Shown here in pieces: positions 63,742-64,000 of a DNA stretch of 64,000 bases. The position numbers and the translations under genes were made by a program. How positions within the stretch are numbered: position 1 is the stretch's first letter; each line of letters begins with the position of its first letter. The notes beneath the pieces are model-generated. The model saw only the letters and a program-made list of their open reading frames with translations, was not told where the DNA came from and did no database searches. Source of the DNA: an uncultured Rivularia sp. (GTDB lineage Bacteria > Cyanobacteriota > Cyanobacteriia > Cyanobacteriales > Nostocaceae); the NCBI GenBank assembly GCA_963665115.1, contig OY762007.1, forward strand, positions 416,001 through 480,000, read 5' to 3'.

Positions 63742-63909
63742 TCGCAACAACCGGAATTAGCTGAGGCTATGAAAAATATTGTTAATAACAGCAATCCGAC
63801 GTTATCAACAGTCATTAAATTTAAATTACAAAGTATGGAATTAGTTAAATTGCAAGGAGATAATGTATTTCCAAGTTGTAATTTATATCGTCGGTTTTTG
63901 AGGATTTGA
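63696..63909 (+). pseudogene. Diverged duplicate of the 3' end of the HTH-AAA gene
   Basis: Codon-collinear with 62592-62805: YSEYLRRQSLI*SQQPELAEAMKNIV...CNLYRRFLRI* versus YAEHLRRQSLILTQQPELAAAMKDIV...CNLYRQFLRI*. Confidence 0.85.
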
Positions 63910-64000
63910 TAAGGCTCATAACGAGCGCTAAAGCGCAACTATGAGCCTTTATTTTCCACTTTCCAAACTTCACGCGCTCTCCCCAACTCCTCACTCAAAC

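Noticed and set aside
62592..63909. Diversity-generating retroelement TR/VR pair
   Set aside because: Mismatches are not adenine-specific and many fall at third codon positions; there is no reverse transcriptase in the window.
1..64000. tRNA, rRNA, intact transposase or prophage genes
   Set aside because: None recognised by eye; a covariance-model scan would be needed to exclude small RNAs in the long intergenic regions (e.g. 3400-4470, 5410-6150).

Overview
AT-rich chromosomal window from a filamentous, probably heterocyst-forming cyanobacterium (Nostocales-like: patA, HIP1 GCGATCGC sites e.g. 4921, 25292, 61851, and many heptamer STRR tracts). It carries the 5' part of patA, rluD, the phycoerythrocyanin operon pecBACEF, the phycocyanin operon cpcBACDEF-G1-G2-G4 (no cpcL/G3), a LysR/cupin/GNAT/HD group, TetR plus a DevBCA-type exporter, an HLIP, a large 98-aa-repeat membrane protein, a rhomboid lacking catalytic residues, three Ser/Thr kinases, an hsdM-hsdS pair with no hsdR in the window, an aminotransferase, a toxin-antitoxin/aspartic-protease cluster, gnd, ycf66, a ferredoxin, hisZ, a J-domain protein and a repeat-flanked non-specific nuclease. 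The best candidate for an undescribed system is at 55.5-63.9 kb: a membrane-anchored AAA(STAND-like)-WD40 gene and two diverged secreted TPR paralogues, divergent from an HTH-AAA gene whose 3' end is duplicated around a third secreted TPR gene. Intergenic DNA is rich in GTAG-tagged REP-like hairpins with compensatory changes and in nested MITE-like elements. Six genes carry apparent single-base frameshifts that may be sequencing errors. All family calls come from motif recognition by eye; no searches were run.
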